From: Candidatus Saccharimonadales bacterium
GTDB lineage: Bacteria > Patescibacteriota > Saccharimonadia > UBA4664 > SCTI01
Assembly (NCBI GenBank): GCA_035479795.1
Contig: DATIII010000001.1
Location: 7,087-71,086 of the forward strand
DNA: 64,000 bases
Direction: 5' to 3'
Shown: in pieces, positions 49,129-59,520 of the stretch
Layout of the letters: the number at the start of each line of letters is the position of its first letter
Numbering within the stretch: position 1 is the first letter of the stretch
Position numbers and translations under genes: made by a program
Notes under the pieces: generated by a model
Database searches by the model: none
What the model was told of the DNA's origin: nothing
What the model saw: the letters and a program-made list of their open reading frames with translations, nothing else

Positions 49129-49926
49129 ATGGCCAAAAAAACTGTACTCATGTGCCCTCCGACTTATTTCGAGGTCAGCTACGAAATCAACGACTGGATG
49201 CACGTTAATAATCCTGTCGATGTCGACCTAGCCAAACGCCAGTGGCAGGCCGTGCATGATACCTACGAGCAGCTGAGTTACGATATCCACTTGATGGAGC
49301 CGATCAAAGGCCTACCCGATCTGGTTTTTACGGCCAATGGCGGTCTGGTGATAGACGGCAAGGTTATGCTGCCGCGCTTTAAATATCCGGAGCGCCAGCC
49401 AGAAACCGCCCACGACGAACATTGGTTTGCAACCAATGGCTTCAGCGATATCTTAATGCCGGAGCACGACTTTGAAGGTGAGGGCGACTGCTTACTGGGT
49501 AACGACATTATTTTCTCCGGTTACGGTTTCCGCTCCGATCCAGGCATTCGAACCGAACTTCAAGATTTTTTTGATAAGCAGGTCGTCAGTCTAAAAATGA
49601 TCGACCCACGATTCTATCATCTGGATACGTGCTTTTGCCCGCTCGACGACAAAACCGTAATGTACTATCCAGCCGCCTTTGACGCGTCCAGCCGCCAGGC
49701 TATTGAAATGCACTTTCCGCGCCGCATCGAGGCAAACGAAGGCGATGCCGCCGGCTTTGGTCTGAACGCTGTCAGCGACGGAGAAAATGTTGTTGTATCA
49801 GCAGCTGCCAAGGGTATCCATGAGCAGCTGCAAAGCAAGGGCTTTAAACCCATTGGTCTCGACATGACCGAGTTCCGCAAATCTGGCGGTGCTGTGAAGT
49901 GCTGCACGCTTGAGCTACGAAATTAG
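49129..49926 (+). CDS. Amidinotransferase / dimethylargininase family protein
   Basis: LMCPP, LPDLVFTAN, FEGEGD, FYHLDTCF, KSGGAVKC. Confidence 0.9.
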   Translation: MAKKTVLMCPPTYFEVSYEINDWMHVNNPVDVDLAKRQWQAVHDTYEQLSYDIHLMEPIKGLPDLVFTANGGLVIDGKVMLPRFKYPERQPETAHDEHWFATNGFSDILMPEHDFEGEGDCLLGNDIIFSGYGFRSDPGIRTELQDFFDKQVVSLKMIDPRFYHLDTCFCPLDDKTVMYYPAAFDASSRQAIEMHFPRRIEANEGDAAGFGLNAVSDGENVVVSAAAKGIHEQLQSKGFKPIGLDMTEFRKSGGAVKCCTLELRN

Positions 49927-49991
49927 GATTCAGGGTAAAACTCGTACGAAGCGATGTTGATCCAACCTAGCATAAGCGGTATCTTGGACTC

Positions 49992-50555
49992 ATGAAGTGG
50001 AAACTAGCTCTTGCCCTACTTGGACTGATTATTATTGCCACAGCGGCCTGGTGGCTTTACTTTTACGGTGAAGCCTACGCCGTAAATTCAGTCGCTTCAG
50101 CCTGCCAGAAAAATGACGGCCGCACCTACGGGAACCTGGCTGTGGCTTTTAATGGCAAAGAGACGATTAAGCTTAGTAAGGAGCAGGTCGACGGGTTGGA
50201 TAAAACGCCAGCTGCTGCGGTGACCAAGTTACCCAACGGTAAGCCTGTGGCAGCCGGCCCCACACCCAAAAAATGCGGCTTCACAACTATCAATCGGAGC
50301 GGGCGCAAGTCCATGGATAAGTCACGAATCCAGAGATTAGGAGTCCAGGACGGCGCCGTTTACAAAGTCACCGGAGGTTTGTCGACCGAAGTAAGTTTTG
50401 TTCGCTGGCATGGGAGCTGGCATGTGCTGATGCCCGGTTCCGAGCCCACCGCGTCAACCAACTCGTCTCTATCACCCAATCCATCATCATCTTCATCGAC
50501 CAGCCCAACCGCCGCCCCGATAGCCGCTCCTGCGCCGCCACCATCACAGAATTAA
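49992..50555 (+). CDS. Hypothetical membrane-anchored protein
   Basis: N-terminal TM, Ser/Pro-rich tail. Confidence 0.6.
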   Translation: MKWKLALALLGLIIIATAAWWLYFYGEAYAVNSVASACQKNDGRTYGNLAVAFNGKETIKLSKEQVDGLDKTPAAAVTKLPNGKPVAAGPTPKKCGFTTINRSGRKSMDKSRIQRLGVQDGAVYKVTGGLSTEVSFVRWHGSWHVLMPGSEPTASTNSSLSPNPSSSSSTSPTAAPIAAPAPPPSQN

Positions 50556-50632
50556 GAATTTAGAATTCAGGATTTAGGCTAAAAAGCGAAACCGCCCCAG
50601 ATGGGGCGGCGTATCACTGTATGAAGTTGTGG

Positions 50633-50815
50633 CTACCGACCGTCCCACATGATGTGGAACCCGAAGAGCTTGATCGCCGCATAGCCGACCACTATCACAA
50701 TGCCCAGGCAATAGGCGAAGACAATGACAGCGAGGAGACCGAAGATCAGCTTCTGCCCGAAGCCCCTTGGGCCCGGTGGCACGTGATCGGGAAGACCGTA
50801 GTCGTTGGTTAGCAT
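50633..50815 (-). CDS. 60-aa single-TM microprotein
   Basis: MLTNDYGLPDHVPPGPRGFGQKLIFGLLAVIVF...; start overlaps upstream stop. Confidence 0.55.
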   Translation of the reverse strand: MLTNDYGLPDHVPPGPRGFGQKLIFGLLAVIVFAYCLGIVIVVGYAAIKLFGFHIMWDGR

Positions 50816-50916
50816 CACGGCCCCTGGAAAAGCGTGATCGCGAGATAACCGACGACACCTAGAAGCCAGATGCAAACGCCAGCGATTGCGAGCTTGTGTG
50901 CGAGTTGCTTCATCAT
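50815..50916 (-). CDS. 33-aa single-TM microprotein (not in ORF track)
   Basis: MMKQLAHKLAIAGVCIWLLGVVGYLAITLFQGP; ATGA-coupled to upstream gene. Confidence 0.55.
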   Translation of the reverse strand: MMKQLAHKLAIAGVCIWLLGVVGYLAITLFQGP

Positions 50917-51200
50917 GCCGGCACCTGGACTTCTTCGTAGATCTCTGAGAGCCGACGGCACAGGTCACGCCGCTGCTCGTACAGCTGGTTGAGATTTTTG
51001 ACGATCACATCGGCCTCGGCCACTAGCCGCCTAAATACCGGCCTTGACCCGTGCGAGTCCCGCCGGTGCAGCTCGACCTCGAGATGCAGATCCTTACGAA
51101 CACCATCGAGCCGCTTCTCCATGATTTCACGGTCGACATCGCTCAGATCGACCATGATCCGGGCCATTTCGCCAAGCAACTGCTTAACCTGCGGGGACAT
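50913..51200 (-). CDS. Orphan helical protein (95 aa)
   Basis: SD GAGGAG; coiled-coil-like sequence. Confidence 0.65.
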   Translation of the reverse strand: MSPQVKQLLGEMARIMVDLSDVDREIMEKRLDGVRKDLHLEVELHRRDSHGSRPVFRRLVAEADVIVKNLNQLYEQRRDLCRRLSEIYEEVQVPA

Positions 51201-51258
51201 CCTATCTCCTCTGTTGGAAGGGTACTTCTTACAGCGGGAGCATTATGGGCTTATTGGT

Positions 51259-52551
51259 TTATTTTTGCAAATGGAGGGCTTTTTTGGCTTCGCCTATTTC
51301 ATCCCAGGGATGCTCGCCGTCAGCGCGCTCAATCGTCTTTTCGTGCCCTTTTCCTAGCAGCATTACCGTATCGCCGGGCTTGGCCAACTTCATGGCCTCA
51401 GCAATAGCCTTTGGGCGGTTTAAGATTAGGAACAGATTCTTATCGCGCTTTTTACCCGACTTTTCGGCCCCACCGGCAATTGCCTCCAGAATCTTCTGCC
51501 CATCCTCTTCACGATCATCTTCTTCGGTGGCAATCACCACATCGGCGTATTTGCCGGCAATCTCACCCTGCGCTGCCCGCTTAGCTGGGTCACGCCGGCC
51601 GGCGGAACCAAATACCACAATCAGTCGACCCTTGGCGCTCTGCTTAGCACCCGGCAGTACCGCTTCAAACCCCGCCGGGGTCGAGGCAAAGTCGACAATC
51701 ACATCAAATTTTTGGCCCTCATCAATCCGCGTCATCCGGCCCTCAACGTTTTTCAGAGCCGCTACCCCCTGCTCAATCTCGTCGTCGGTCAACTCCAGCG
51801 TTAGGCCTACACAGACGGCAGCCAGAGAGTTGTAAACGTTAAAGTCGCCGGGAATATTCACGATCATATTCAGAGCGGAAGAACCGCGCCGCACAATGTA
51901 GCGGCTGCCGGTTGCCGTAGTGGTAGCATCCTCAGCCTTGATGTCACCGTACTTAAGGCCGTAGCTCAACGGATGAGTGACCTCACGAGCAAACAGCGCG
52001 CTGGCTGGGTCGTCGGCATTCACCACCCCCTCCTGCATGCCCCTCGAATTGGCGCCGACCATGGTAAACAGCTTGCGCTTAGCGTCCCGATAGCGTTCGA
52101 AGGTGCCGTGATAGTCCAGATGGTCACCAGTCACATTGGTCATAACCGCAATCTGGTACGGGATGCCCCAAACGCGATTCTGAGCCAGTGCATGACTGCT
52201 AGTTTCAAGCACCAGCCACTCAATGCCATCGGCTTTTAGTTCCTTGATACGCTTTAAGAGTTGGCGAGTCTGCATGGTAGTCATATGCACAAAGCTTTGA
52301 TGCTGCCCCAGGTGCGTGCCGTAACCAACCGTGCTCATGTAACCCACTTTGTAGCCAGAATTTTTGAGCATTTGCCAAATAAAACTGGTGGTCGTGGTTT
52401 TGCCATCGGTACCGGTCACGCCAATCACCTTGAGATCACTTGCCGGGAATCCATAAACCACCTGCCACAACACTGACTCGAGCAGGTGTCCATAAGGCTC
52501 AATGGCCTTAAATAATCGCTGAGGAATTAGAGCTTTAACAATCCGGCGCAT
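51259..52551 (-). CDS. murE: UDP-MurNAc-tripeptide ligase
   Basis: GVTGTDGKTTT, ETSSHAL, DHLDYH, LGKGHE. Confidence 0.92.
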   Translation of the reverse strand: MRRIVKALIPQRLFKAIEPYGHLLESVLWQVVYGFPASDLKVIGVTGTDGKTTTTSFIWQMLKNSGYKVGYMSTVGYGTHLGQHQSFVHMTTMQTRQLLKRIKELKADGIEWLVLETSSHALAQNRVWGIPYQIAVMTNVTGDHLDYHGTFERYRDAKRKLFTMVGANSRGMQEGVVNADDPASALFAREVTHPLSYGLKYGDIKAEDATTTATGSRYIVRRGSSALNMIVNIPGDFNVYNSLAAVCVGLTLELTDDEIEQGVAALKNVEGRMTRIDEGQKFDVIVDFASTPAGFEAVLPGAKQSAKGRLIVVFGSAGRRDPAKRAAQGEIAGKYADVVIATEEDDREEDGQKILEAIAGGAEKSGKKRDKNLFLILNRPKAIAEAMKLAKPGDTVMLLGKGHEKTIERADGEHPWDEIGEAKKALHLQK

Positions 52552-52560
52552 AGAGCAATC

Positions 52561-53586
52561 TTAATAGAAAAGGCGCTTTTTCACACGGTGCGCGTAAGCC
52601 ATGGCTAGCCGCTGGCCAAACTTGGCCCAAATTTGGTAACGGCGCTTGTGAACCGGCAGGTCGTAGGTGCCAATAAACTCCGTAACCTCGGCGTTAAAGC
52701 CAGTTTTGAACCGCGCCAATCCGGCCAATGGATGCTCAGAATTTTCGATGTCCTCAGCCGGCGGCGTGCCATGCAGGTCGTATTCTTTAATGCCCTTAGC
52801 CTTCAGCCACTTCATAATCTCCCATTGCAACAGGTACGGCGCTTGAACATCACTGTGCTCACGGACCGAACCACCATCCTTATACAGAGCCTTTTCACCG
52901 AGGTAGGTAATAAAGGCTCCAGCCAAAATCTGACCTTCATACTTGGCAAAAAACATCTGGCCGCTCCCCGCCTCGCTGTGCAAACGCCAGAAGTCGGCAA
53001 AATATTGGCGGTCGCGCAAATACACCCCGGCGCGATCAACAGTGGCCTGCATTAGAGCATACATTTGGTCGATAGACTCCTCAGTCACACCTGCCGGCTC
53101 GACGCTAACGCCTTTCTTAGCGGCCAGACGAACGTTATAACGCGTCTTTTGCTTGAATCCGCTTATGATCTCATCTTCGCTGGGCTCGAGGCTGACAATG
53201 ACTGTGGAGACGTTGTACTGGATATCACGTACCTTCTCGAAGCCAAAAGCGTTAAGCTCGGCCGGCCCAATCTGGCCTTTGGCAATCTCGGGTTCAATCT
53301 TCACCATAAACGGCGGCGGATATGGCAGCTGCTTTGATAGATACTCCAGGCCCTCCTTCACCGTCACGCCCGGACCTTTACAGATATACCAAATCTCACC
53401 CAGCAATGGCACCTCGCGGCTGAGCACCAGCACGGCCACCTCACCGAGCATGAAGTAGAGCGGTTCCCAGCCATGCAGCGCCTTGGTTTCGGCAAAGGCC
53501 TTGGATTGCAGAACGTTGCCGCCATCTGGGTTAGCCGCCACCAGTTTATCCCAGCCGGCAATTTCTTCGGGTGTAGCCGGCCTCAT
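52561..53586 (-). CDS. FemABX peptidyl transferase
   Basis: LQS, KQKTRYNVRLAAKKGV, LQWE, FKTGF. Confidence 0.9.
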   Translation of the reverse strand: MRPATPEEIAGWDKLVAANPDGGNVLQSKAFAETKALHGWEPLYFMLGEVAVLVLSREVPLLGEIWYICKGPGVTVKEGLEYLSKQLPYPPPFMVKIEPEIAKGQIGPAELNAFGFEKVRDIQYNVSTVIVSLEPSEDEIISGFKQKTRYNVRLAAKKGVSVEPAGVTEESIDQMYALMQATVDRAGVYLRDRQYFADFWRLHSEAGSGQMFFAKYEGQILAGAFITYLGEKALYKDGGSVREHSDVQAPYLLQWEIMKWLKAKGIKEYDLHGTPPAEDIENSEHPLAGLARFKTGFNAEVTEFIGTYDLPVHKRRYQIWAKFGQRLAMAYAHRVKKRLFY

Positions 53587-54575
53587 TTACGGCCTCCTAT
53601 AATCTTGCGACCAATCGGCTTTAGTATTGGGAACAGCTTTGACCACACGGCGTAGGCAGTTTTATCAATCGGCGCGTGATAGGTGCCGACCCAATCTGTC
53701 TCATCCGGGCCAAAGCCCTCTTTAAACTGGCTCACACCTTCGTTCAGTCGGCCATTAAAGTCATACAGCTTCAGGCCAGCCGCCTTCGCATCGCGAATAG
53801 CCTGCATCTTTAAGGCATAATTTGCTTTATTATCCTGGCCCTTCTCGGTCACGCCTCCATACAGCTCAAAGGCCACCGTGCCTGCGGTAGCCACCCATAA
53901 AACCGCCTCCGGCTGGCCATCAATTTCGGCGTAATAAATATGATTGCTATCCCCCAGCTGGATTGAGAGCTCATCATAGTAATCCTTGGCATGAATGCTA
54001 AACCCAGCCCGCTTGGCCGTCTGGCTGTAAATCCGCCCGAAGCGCCCCAGATGCTCACGCTGGTGGCGGCATTCGACAACCTTTACTCCCTCGCGCTCAG
54101 CTTTACGGATATACTGGCGGTGCTTGCGGCTCATTTTTTCCAGCATCTCATCCTCGCTCTGGCTGAGATCAATAGTGAAGGTCTCGGGCAATAATACGTG
54201 GTCTTCCGTTTTCTCCCAGCGGCTGCCAAAGGCAAACTCGCGCCAAGCCGGCTCGAGCTTAAGGTACAGCGCCCGGTGACCTTTAGCTGCCTGCCTCAAA
54301 TGATCAATAAAGGCATGAGCAGCCGCATCTACCGGATCAATCACCGGACCGCGCGGCACATAGGCCACCATTTTGCCCAGCCGCGGGATGGGCCACAGTA
54401 ACATCTGGGCCGCAGCCTTAATCTGGCCGTCTTCCACCCACGCCAGCCGCAGCGGCGTCCAGCCATTGAGCCGTTTAACTTCACCCCAGCCCCACAGCTG
54501 CAATGGGTGCCCAAATGGATGGCCGGCCACCCAATCGTCCCACTGAGCGCGGTTGGTTATTTCCTCGAGTTGCAT
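53583..54575 (-). CDS. FemABX peptidyl transferase
   Basis: HPLQLWGWGEVK, YVPRGP, FKEGFG. Confidence 0.9.
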   Translation of the reverse strand: MQLEEITNRAQWDDWVAGHPFGHPLQLWGWGEVKRLNGWTPLRLAWVEDGQIKAAAQMLLWPIPRLGKMVAYVPRGPVIDPVDAAAHAFIDHLRQAAKGHRALYLKLEPAWREFAFGSRWEKTEDHVLLPETFTIDLSQSEDEMLEKMSRKHRQYIRKAEREGVKVVECRHQREHLGRFGRIYSQTAKRAGFSIHAKDYYDELSIQLGDSNHIYYAEIDGQPEAVLWVATAGTVAFELYGGVTEKGQDNKANYALKMQAIRDAKAAGLKLYDFNGRLNEGVSQFKEGFGPDETDWVGTYHAPIDKTAYAVWSKLFPILKPIGRKIIGGRK

Positions 54576-54660
54576 AAGCGCATTGTACCTTATCTGGGGC
54601 CAACCTGGTATACTTCGCTAAGAATTGAAAAGTCAAGATTGAGGATTCAGGAACAAAATA

Positions 54661-55686
54661 ATGAAGATATTAGGCGTTGAAACCAGTTGCGATGAAACGG
54701 CTGCTGCGGTGGTGGAAGATGGCATTAAGCTGCTATCAAGCGTTGTGGCTTCGCAGATCGACATTCATGCCGAGTTCGGCGGAGTCGTGCCGGAAGTCGC
54801 TGCCCGTAGCCACATTGAAGTCATGCTCCCAGTCGTTGAAAAAGCCCTTTCTGAAGCCAAAATTGACTGGGGCGACATCGACGCCGTGGCGGTTACCGAA
54901 GGCCCTGGTCTGATCGGCTCTTTGCTAATTGGTACTTTAACCGCTAGGACCTTGGCTGATCTTAAGAACAAGCCCTTAATCCCAATCAATCACGTTGAAG
55001 CCCATATTTACGCCAACTTCTTGATTGATGAGCGTCCTAGTTTTCCCCTTCTGGCGCTGATTGTCTCCGGTGGGCACACCCAACTTGTGCTGATGCGGGA
55101 TCATGCCGATTACGAGCTACTCGGGCAAACTGGGGACGATGCGGCCGGTGAGGCATTTGATAAAGTCGCCAAAATTCTCGGCCTCCCCTACCCCGGTGGA
55201 CCTTCAGTGGCCAAAGCAGCCGAATCGGGAGATCCCAAAGCTTTTGCCTTACCTAAGCCAAAACTTGGCAAAGATAGTTTGGACTTTAGCTTCAGTGGAT
55301 TAAAAACTGCCGTGCTGCGGACTGCCCAAACAGCAGTCGGCAAGGACTTTCGCACTCCTTCCTATGAGCTGCCTTACCTCCTTACCGAGCACCAGAAAAA
55401 CGATCTAGCCGCCTCATTCCAAAAGACTGCCATCGATATCTTGGTCGAGCGAGTACTCCAAGCCAACGAACGCTACTCCCCTACCTCCGTAATAATTGCG
55501 GGCGGAGTCGCCGCCAGCCAGCCACTGCGGACTGAGCTTACCAAGCGACTACCTATTCCGGTGAACTACGCCCCAATGAATCTGTGTACCGATAACGCCG
55601 CCATGATTGCCTCCCTGGCCTATTTCCGCCGGGAGCAAACCATCGCACCCGCCAAACTCCGCCCCAATCCAATTCTATCGATGTAG
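54661..55686 (+). CDS. tsaD: tRNA threonylcarbamoyltransferase
   Basis: ETSCDET, HVEAH, VSGGHT, DDAAGEAFDK, TDNAAMIA. Confidence 0.97.
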   Translation: MKILGVETSCDETAAAVVEDGIKLLSSVVASQIDIHAEFGGVVPEVAARSHIEVMLPVVEKALSEAKIDWGDIDAVAVTEGPGLIGSLLIGTLTARTLADLKNKPLIPINHVEAHIYANFLIDERPSFPLLALIVSGGHTQLVLMRDHADYELLGQTGDDAAGEAFDKVAKILGLPYPGGPSVAKAAESGDPKAFALPKPKLGKDSLDFSFSGLKTAVLRTAQTAVGKDFRTPSYELPYLLTEHQKNDLAASFQKTAIDILVERVLQANERYSPTSVIIAGGVAASQPLRTELTKRLPIPVNYAPMNLCTDNAAMIASLAYFRREQTIAPAKLRPNPILSM

Positions 55687-55706
55687 CTTGTGCTAAAATT
55701 CCACCT

Positions 55707-58241
55707 ATGAGCAGGATGGAGAAAGCCTACGACCCGTCTAAGCACGAGGCCCGCATTTATAAGTTGTGGGAAGAGTCTGGCGCCTTCAAGCCAGCTGGCG
55801 ATCCCAAAAAGCCCCCATTTTCTATCATCATGCCTCCACCAAATGCCAACGGCAATCTCCATATGGGGCACGCCATGTACGCCCTGGAAGACACTATGGC
55901 CCGCTACGCCCGGATGCAAGGCCGCCCGACTCTTTGGCTACCGGGCACCGACCATGCTGGCATTGAGACTCAAGTGGTTTTTGAAAAGGAGCTGGCCAAA
56001 GCAGGTAAAAGCCGGTTCGACTTCTCCCCTGCTGAGTTTTACGATGCTACCTATAAGTTTGTGATGGAAAATGAGCACAATATGCTAGCCCAGATGCGTT
56101 CACTGGGCCTCAGCGCCGACTGGAGCCGTAAAAAGTTTACACTCGACCCCGACATTATTGAGATTGTTTACGACACCTTCAAGCAGCTGCATGACGACGG
56201 CTTGGTTTACCGAGCCAACCGGATCGTGAACTGGTGCCCTCGTTGTAATGCCGCCTTTGCCGATCTGGAAATTAAATACCGAGAGCAGATCGATCCGCTT
56301 TACTACATCAAATACGGACCCTTTGTGCTGGCTACGGTGCGCCCGGAAACTAAGTTTGGCGACACTGCCTTAGCGGTTCATCCCAAGGACGAGCGCTACA
56401 CGCAGTACATTGGCGAAGCAATTGAGGCCGACGACGTGTTGGGCAAAATTAAACTTAAAGTTATTGCCGATGAGCACGTAAATCCCGACTTTGGCACTGG
56501 CGTTATAAAGGTTACTCCCGCTCACGATCCCAACGACTGGGAGATTGGCCAGCGCCATAAACTAGACGTTAAACAAGCTGTCGGAACCGACGGCCGCTTA
56601 ACGGAGATTGCCGGAAAATACGCTGGCATGAAGGTGCTGGACGCCCGCCAACAGGTGGCACAGGATCTGGAAGAGCAAGGTTTGATTGAGCATATCGACA
56701 TGAATTATACCCACAGCGTTGGCTACCATGATCGCTGCGGCACCCAGATTGAGCCGCTGGTGACTGAGCAATGGTGGCTGGATGTTCAGGAGCTGAAGAA
56801 GCCAGCCATAAAGGCCATAAAAAGCGGTGAAATCACCTTTGTCCCCTCACGATTTAAGAAGCAGGCTCTAGACTGGCTGGAAGGCCTGCGCGACTGGAAT
56901 ATAAGCCGCCAAATCTGGTGGGGCATTCGTATTCCGGTTTACTACAACGCCAAGAACGACTCTAAGAAACCTTACATCATAGCTTCACATGAAACCGAGG
57001 CTGAAAAATACTACGGCAAAGGTAATTACGAGGTTGAGACCGATACCTTTGACACCTGGTTTTCATCTGGACAATGGCCTTTTGCCACTATTCAGACGAC
57101 TGGCGATTTCGACCGCTTCTACCCCACCACCGTCATGGGCACCATGCGTGACATACTCTACCAATGGGTTTCGCGCATGATTATGCTCGGGCTGTATCGA
57201 ACCGGTAAAATTCCCTTCCAAACAGTTTATCTGTGGGGTGCGGTTAATGACGCTCAGGGTAAAAAAATGAGTAAGAGCAAGGGCAACGTCATTAACCCCC
57301 TGGAGATGACCACGCGTTTCGGGACCGATGCGCTGCGCCTTGCTTTGACCATCGGTGTGACTCCTGGAACAGGCGGCACTATTTCAGAAAAGAAGATTGA
57401 AGGCTACCGCAACTTCAATAACAAGCTCTGGAATGTGGCTCGGTTTATTCTGGAAAAAGCGGACGACTATTCCCCTATCAACCCAGACCCGCAGACTCCG
57501 GCCGATCACTGGATCTTAGCCAGAGTTTCACGAGAAACAGTGGCCATTTCAAAAGCTATTGAAGCCTATCGCTTCAGCGAAGCCGGCGAAAGAGTCTACT
57601 CTCTTCTCTGGAATGACTTTGCCGACTGGTACCTCGAAGCCTCAAAGTCAGAAACTAACCTACCAGTCTTGGTTAACTGTCTCGAATCTATCCTCAAGCT
57701 AGCCCACCCATTTGCCCCATTTGTAACCGAAGTAATATGGCAGGAAATGGCTTGGCAAAAGCAAAATTTGATAATTTCACCTTGGCCTGATAATTTCAAA
57801 ACCAGCTCAGCTAAAGCAGGTGAATTTACGCAAATTATGGCTTTAGTAAGCCAAATTCGTTCAATTTCAGTCGATATTGGCCTGCAAAAACCCGCCCTGC
57901 TGGCCGACTCCAATCTGGTATTAGCCAATACTGGCCTGATTAAGCACTTGGCTCGATTGAGCGGAATAGAAAAAGGGGAGGGGAGCGGCCTGGCTATCCC
58001 CGGAGTATCTGCCGTCTGGCTGAAAGTATCACCCGAACAGATCCAGAGCTACGTATCCAAGCTTAAGCGGCGCCGCGGTGAAGCGGGGGAGTACGCGGCG
58101 CGCCTCAAATCGCAACTCGATAACAAAGCCTACGTAAAATCTGCCCCCGCCGAGCTTGTGCAGCAAACTAAAGATCGTCTAGTCGAAGCAAAGGAATTGG
58201 CAGGTGAGTTAGATGCCCAAATCAAAGCTGTCGAAGCCTAA
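55707..58241 (+). CDS. valS: Valine-tRNA ligase
   Basis: PPPNANGNLHMGH, DWNISRQIWWG, KMSKS, C-terminal coiled coil. Confidence 0.97.
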   Translation: MSRMEKAYDPSKHEARIYKLWEESGAFKPAGDPKKPPFSIIMPPPNANGNLHMGHAMYALEDTMARYARMQGRPTLWLPGTDHAGIETQVVFEKELAKAGKSRFDFSPAEFYDATYKFVMENEHNMLAQMRSLGLSADWSRKKFTLDPDIIEIVYDTFKQLHDDGLVYRANRIVNWCPRCNAAFADLEIKYREQIDPLYYIKYGPFVLATVRPETKFGDTALAVHPKDERYTQYIGEAIEADDVLGKIKLKVIADEHVNPDFGTGVIKVTPAHDPNDWEIGQRHKLDVKQAVGTDGRLTEIAGKYAGMKVLDARQQVAQDLEEQGLIEHIDMNYTHSVGYHDRCGTQIEPLVTEQWWLDVQELKKPAIKAIKSGEITFVPSRFKKQALDWLEGLRDWNISRQIWWGIRIPVYYNAKNDSKKPYIIASHETEAEKYYGKGNYEVETDTFDTWFSSGQWPFATIQTTGDFDRFYPTTVMGTMRDILYQWVSRMIMLGLYRTGKIPFQTVYLWGAVNDAQGKKMSKSKGNVINPLEMTTRFGTDALRLALTIGVTPGTGGTISEKKIEGYRNFNNKLWNVARFILEKADDYSPINPDPQTPADHWILARVSRETVAISKAIEAYRFSEAGERVYSLLWNDFADWYLEASKSETNLPVLVNCLESILKLAHPFAPFVTEVIWQEMAWQKQNLIISPWPDNFKTSSAKAGEFTQIMALVSQIRSISVDIGLQKPALLADSNLVLANTGLIKHLARLSGIEKGEGSGLAIPGVSAVWLKVSPEQIQSYVSKLKRRRGEAGEYAARLKSQLDNKAYVKSAPAELVQQTKDRLVEAKELAGELDAQIKAVEA

Positions 58242-59103
58242 GCTTGTTTTAGCATCGCTGGGCGGATTGATTATTGCCTTCGGGGTTGGCTTTGCCATCT
58301 GGCTACAGACACCTTGGGCGCATGACAAAGCCAAAACCCTGGCTGCCCAAGCCAAGGTGCTTGAGAAGACCAACGAATATGATGCATTGGTGAAATACCA
58401 GATGGCTACCTTTCTGGATCCCGCAAATGCAAGCTATGAAAATGCCATTGCCGACCTGTACCTCCAGCGCCATCGCCCCGATGCCGCTATCTTAGCTTTA
58501 GGGCATCTGCCAAAAGGGGAGGGGAGACAACGGATTGCTGAGATTCAGTTCCGGCAAGGCAAGTATGATGAAGCCGTTCGAACTCTGATTGACGATCGCA
58601 GCGGGCCGGCCATTGAGCTGACCGCCAAGTGCCTGATGGAGAAAGGGCAGGGGAGTGCCGCCGTTGAGCTGTTAACACGAGCCGATACTGATGAAGCAGC
58701 GCTGCTAATGGCGCTGGCGCAGGCCAGCCTCAGCCAGCCGGTTACTAAGCGTAGTGTCAGCTCACCTGAAGCCGCCCAAGCCTTGCAGCGGGCGGAAGCC
58801 GGCAAACTGCCATTAGCGCAAGAACTTTACACCAGAGGGCTTCTGCACAGCTCTCAGCGCGTTCTAGAATCTGTACCCAACGACAATGTTGAGAAATTCA
58901 AGCTTTTAGCTAACATCAATCTGTCAATCCAGCCGGTTACATCAGCCGGGCTTAAGCAAGCTCAATCGGTCGCCCAGGCGGGTTTAAACCTCAACCCGGG
59001 CGACCTACCACTTAGAAAGCTGCTACGAGACGTCGATATAAAGCTTGGCCTAAGTCAGGAAGCCAGTCGGCAAACCAACCTAATAAATGAGCTGAGCCAC
59101 TAG
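58213..59103 (+). CDS. Membrane-anchored TPR-like protein
   Basis: N-terminal TM; helical repeats (LDPAN, GKYDEAV, LNP). Confidence 0.65.
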   Translation: MPKSKLSKPKLVLASLGGLIIAFGVGFAIWLQTPWAHDKAKTLAAQAKVLEKTNEYDALVKYQMATFLDPANASYENAIADLYLQRHRPDAAILALGHLPKGEGRQRIAEIQFRQGKYDEAVRTLIDDRSGPAIELTAKCLMEKGQGSAAVELLTRADTDEAALLMALAQASLSQPVTKRSVSSPEAAQALQRAEAGKLPLAQELYTRGLLHSSQRVLESVPNDNVEKFKLLANINLSIQPVTSAGLKQAQSVAQAGLNLNPGDLPLRKLLRDVDIKLGLSQEASRQTNLINELSH

Positions 59104-59363
59104 GTTTCGGCCAGCTTTAGCTCGACCATTGGTCGATCCCCAGCTATAACGGCCTGGGCCCGCCAAAAACCGGTTCTGTCCTTGTTGCGCCGGACAAACA
59201 GCGGGCAGCCTGGCTGGATGTGACGCTCCGACGGGCTAAAGCAAGCTCGCAGTCTGAGACAGGGAAGTCGACCGTTCAGTTCGGCTGACAGGTGCCACAG
59301 CTTCATTCGGCCAGTTCCTGGCTCCGGCGCGATCACCATGGCCGTCTGGCAAATGTCAGTCAC
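59100..59363 (-). CDS. Orphan protein (87 aa)
   Basis: SD GAGGT plus GTG start; own -10 and LexA-like box upstream. Confidence 0.5.
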   Translation of the reverse strand: MTDICQTAMVIAPEPGTGRMKLWHLSAELNGRLPCLRLRACFSPSERHIQPGCPLFVRRNKDRTGFWRAQAVIAGDRPMVELKLAET

Positions 59364-59520
59364 GACTACCTCACTTTTTGGGTACTAACGTTAGAGTTTT
59401 AGTTTAGGCCGGTACCGAACAAAAAGCAAACATAGTATTAATAATTGCGTCATACGGACGGACGCATTCCGTTGCGTCCGTCCGTTTTCCCCGGCCAAGT
59501 AAGGCTAGGAAAGCGGGTGG

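Noticed and set aside
50621-50812. 63-aa plus-strand ORF
   Set aside because: Antisense to a coupled minus-strand TM ORF and lacks an RBS
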